DNA from: Octopus bimaculoides
Lineage: Eukaryota
Reading direction: 5' to 3'
Assembly (NCBI RefSeq): GCF_001194135.2
Contig: NC_069005.1
Span: forward strand, 9,085,451-9,120,651
Length of the DNA: 35,201 bases
Shown here: positions 34,701 through 35,201 of the stretch, piece after piece
Numbering within the stretch: the stretch's first letter is position 1
Layout of the letters: every line of letters begins with the position of its first letter
Notes under the pieces: generated by a model
Seen by the model: only the letters and a program-made list of their open reading frames with translations
Told to the model about the DNA's origin: nothing
The model's database searches: none
Made by a program: the position numbers and the translations under genes

Positions 34701-34944
34701 TTGTAGTGGGTCAGCAGGAAGTCTGTTTGTCTATGTGCAATGATTAATATTGGTGGTGGCAGTCGTGGTTGGAATCTAGTCTGTGTGACGCTTGTGATGT
34801 TGGTGGTGGAGAGCCTCAGATGTATTTATATGTGTGTGTGTATATGTTTCTGTAGGTTTGTGTCTGTATGTATGTGCGGTGTGTTTACGTATAATGTTGT
34901 TGTTGTTGTTGGTGGTGGTGGTATTGGCACTGAGCATCATGGGT

Positions 34945-35160
34945 ATGTGTTTATTCTTTTACTTGTTTCAATCAATTGACTGTGGCCATGCTGGAGTACC
35001 ACCTTTAGTCAAACAAATCAACCCCAGGATTTATTCTTTGTAAGTCTAGTACTTATTCTATCAGTCCCTTTTGCTGAACCGCTAGATTACGGGTACATGA
35101 AACATACCAACATCAGTTGTCAAGCGATGCTCATGTGACAAACAGACACACAAATATATA
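34945..35160 (-). mobile_element. SINE family A, 3' half
   Basis: TTTTACTTGTTTCAATCAATTGACTGTGGCCATGCTGGAG...CAGTTGTCAAGCGATG. Confidence 0.85.
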
Positions 35161-35201
35161 CACACACACATATGTATGTATATATATATATATATATATA
35201 T

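Overview
AT-rich, microsatellite-saturated eukaryotic DNA with nine N gaps. It looks intronic or intergenic and is most likely from an octopus genome (inferred from the SINE families and repeat load, not verified by search). No protein-coding gene could be recognised; nearly all listed ORFs are translations of simple repeats or N runs. Explained content: several tRNA-derived SINE families in many copies, three Tc1/mariner relics, a long palindromic MITE, and a decayed Penelope-like GIY-YIG endonuclease fragment. The main result is a set of hammerhead ribozyme (HHR) motifs: one full type I HHR (15690-15760), two minimal Penelope-type HHRs with a palindromic helix III (16217-16282 +, 32929-32974 -), and several decayed cores. 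Two diverged loci (5301-5357 -, 24265-24321 +) carry the hammerhead core segments and helices I and III in an order that is not a circular permutation of types I/II/III. Their helix III differs in sequence but stays paired, suggesting a pseudoknotted hammerhead topology. Novelty and activity are untested.
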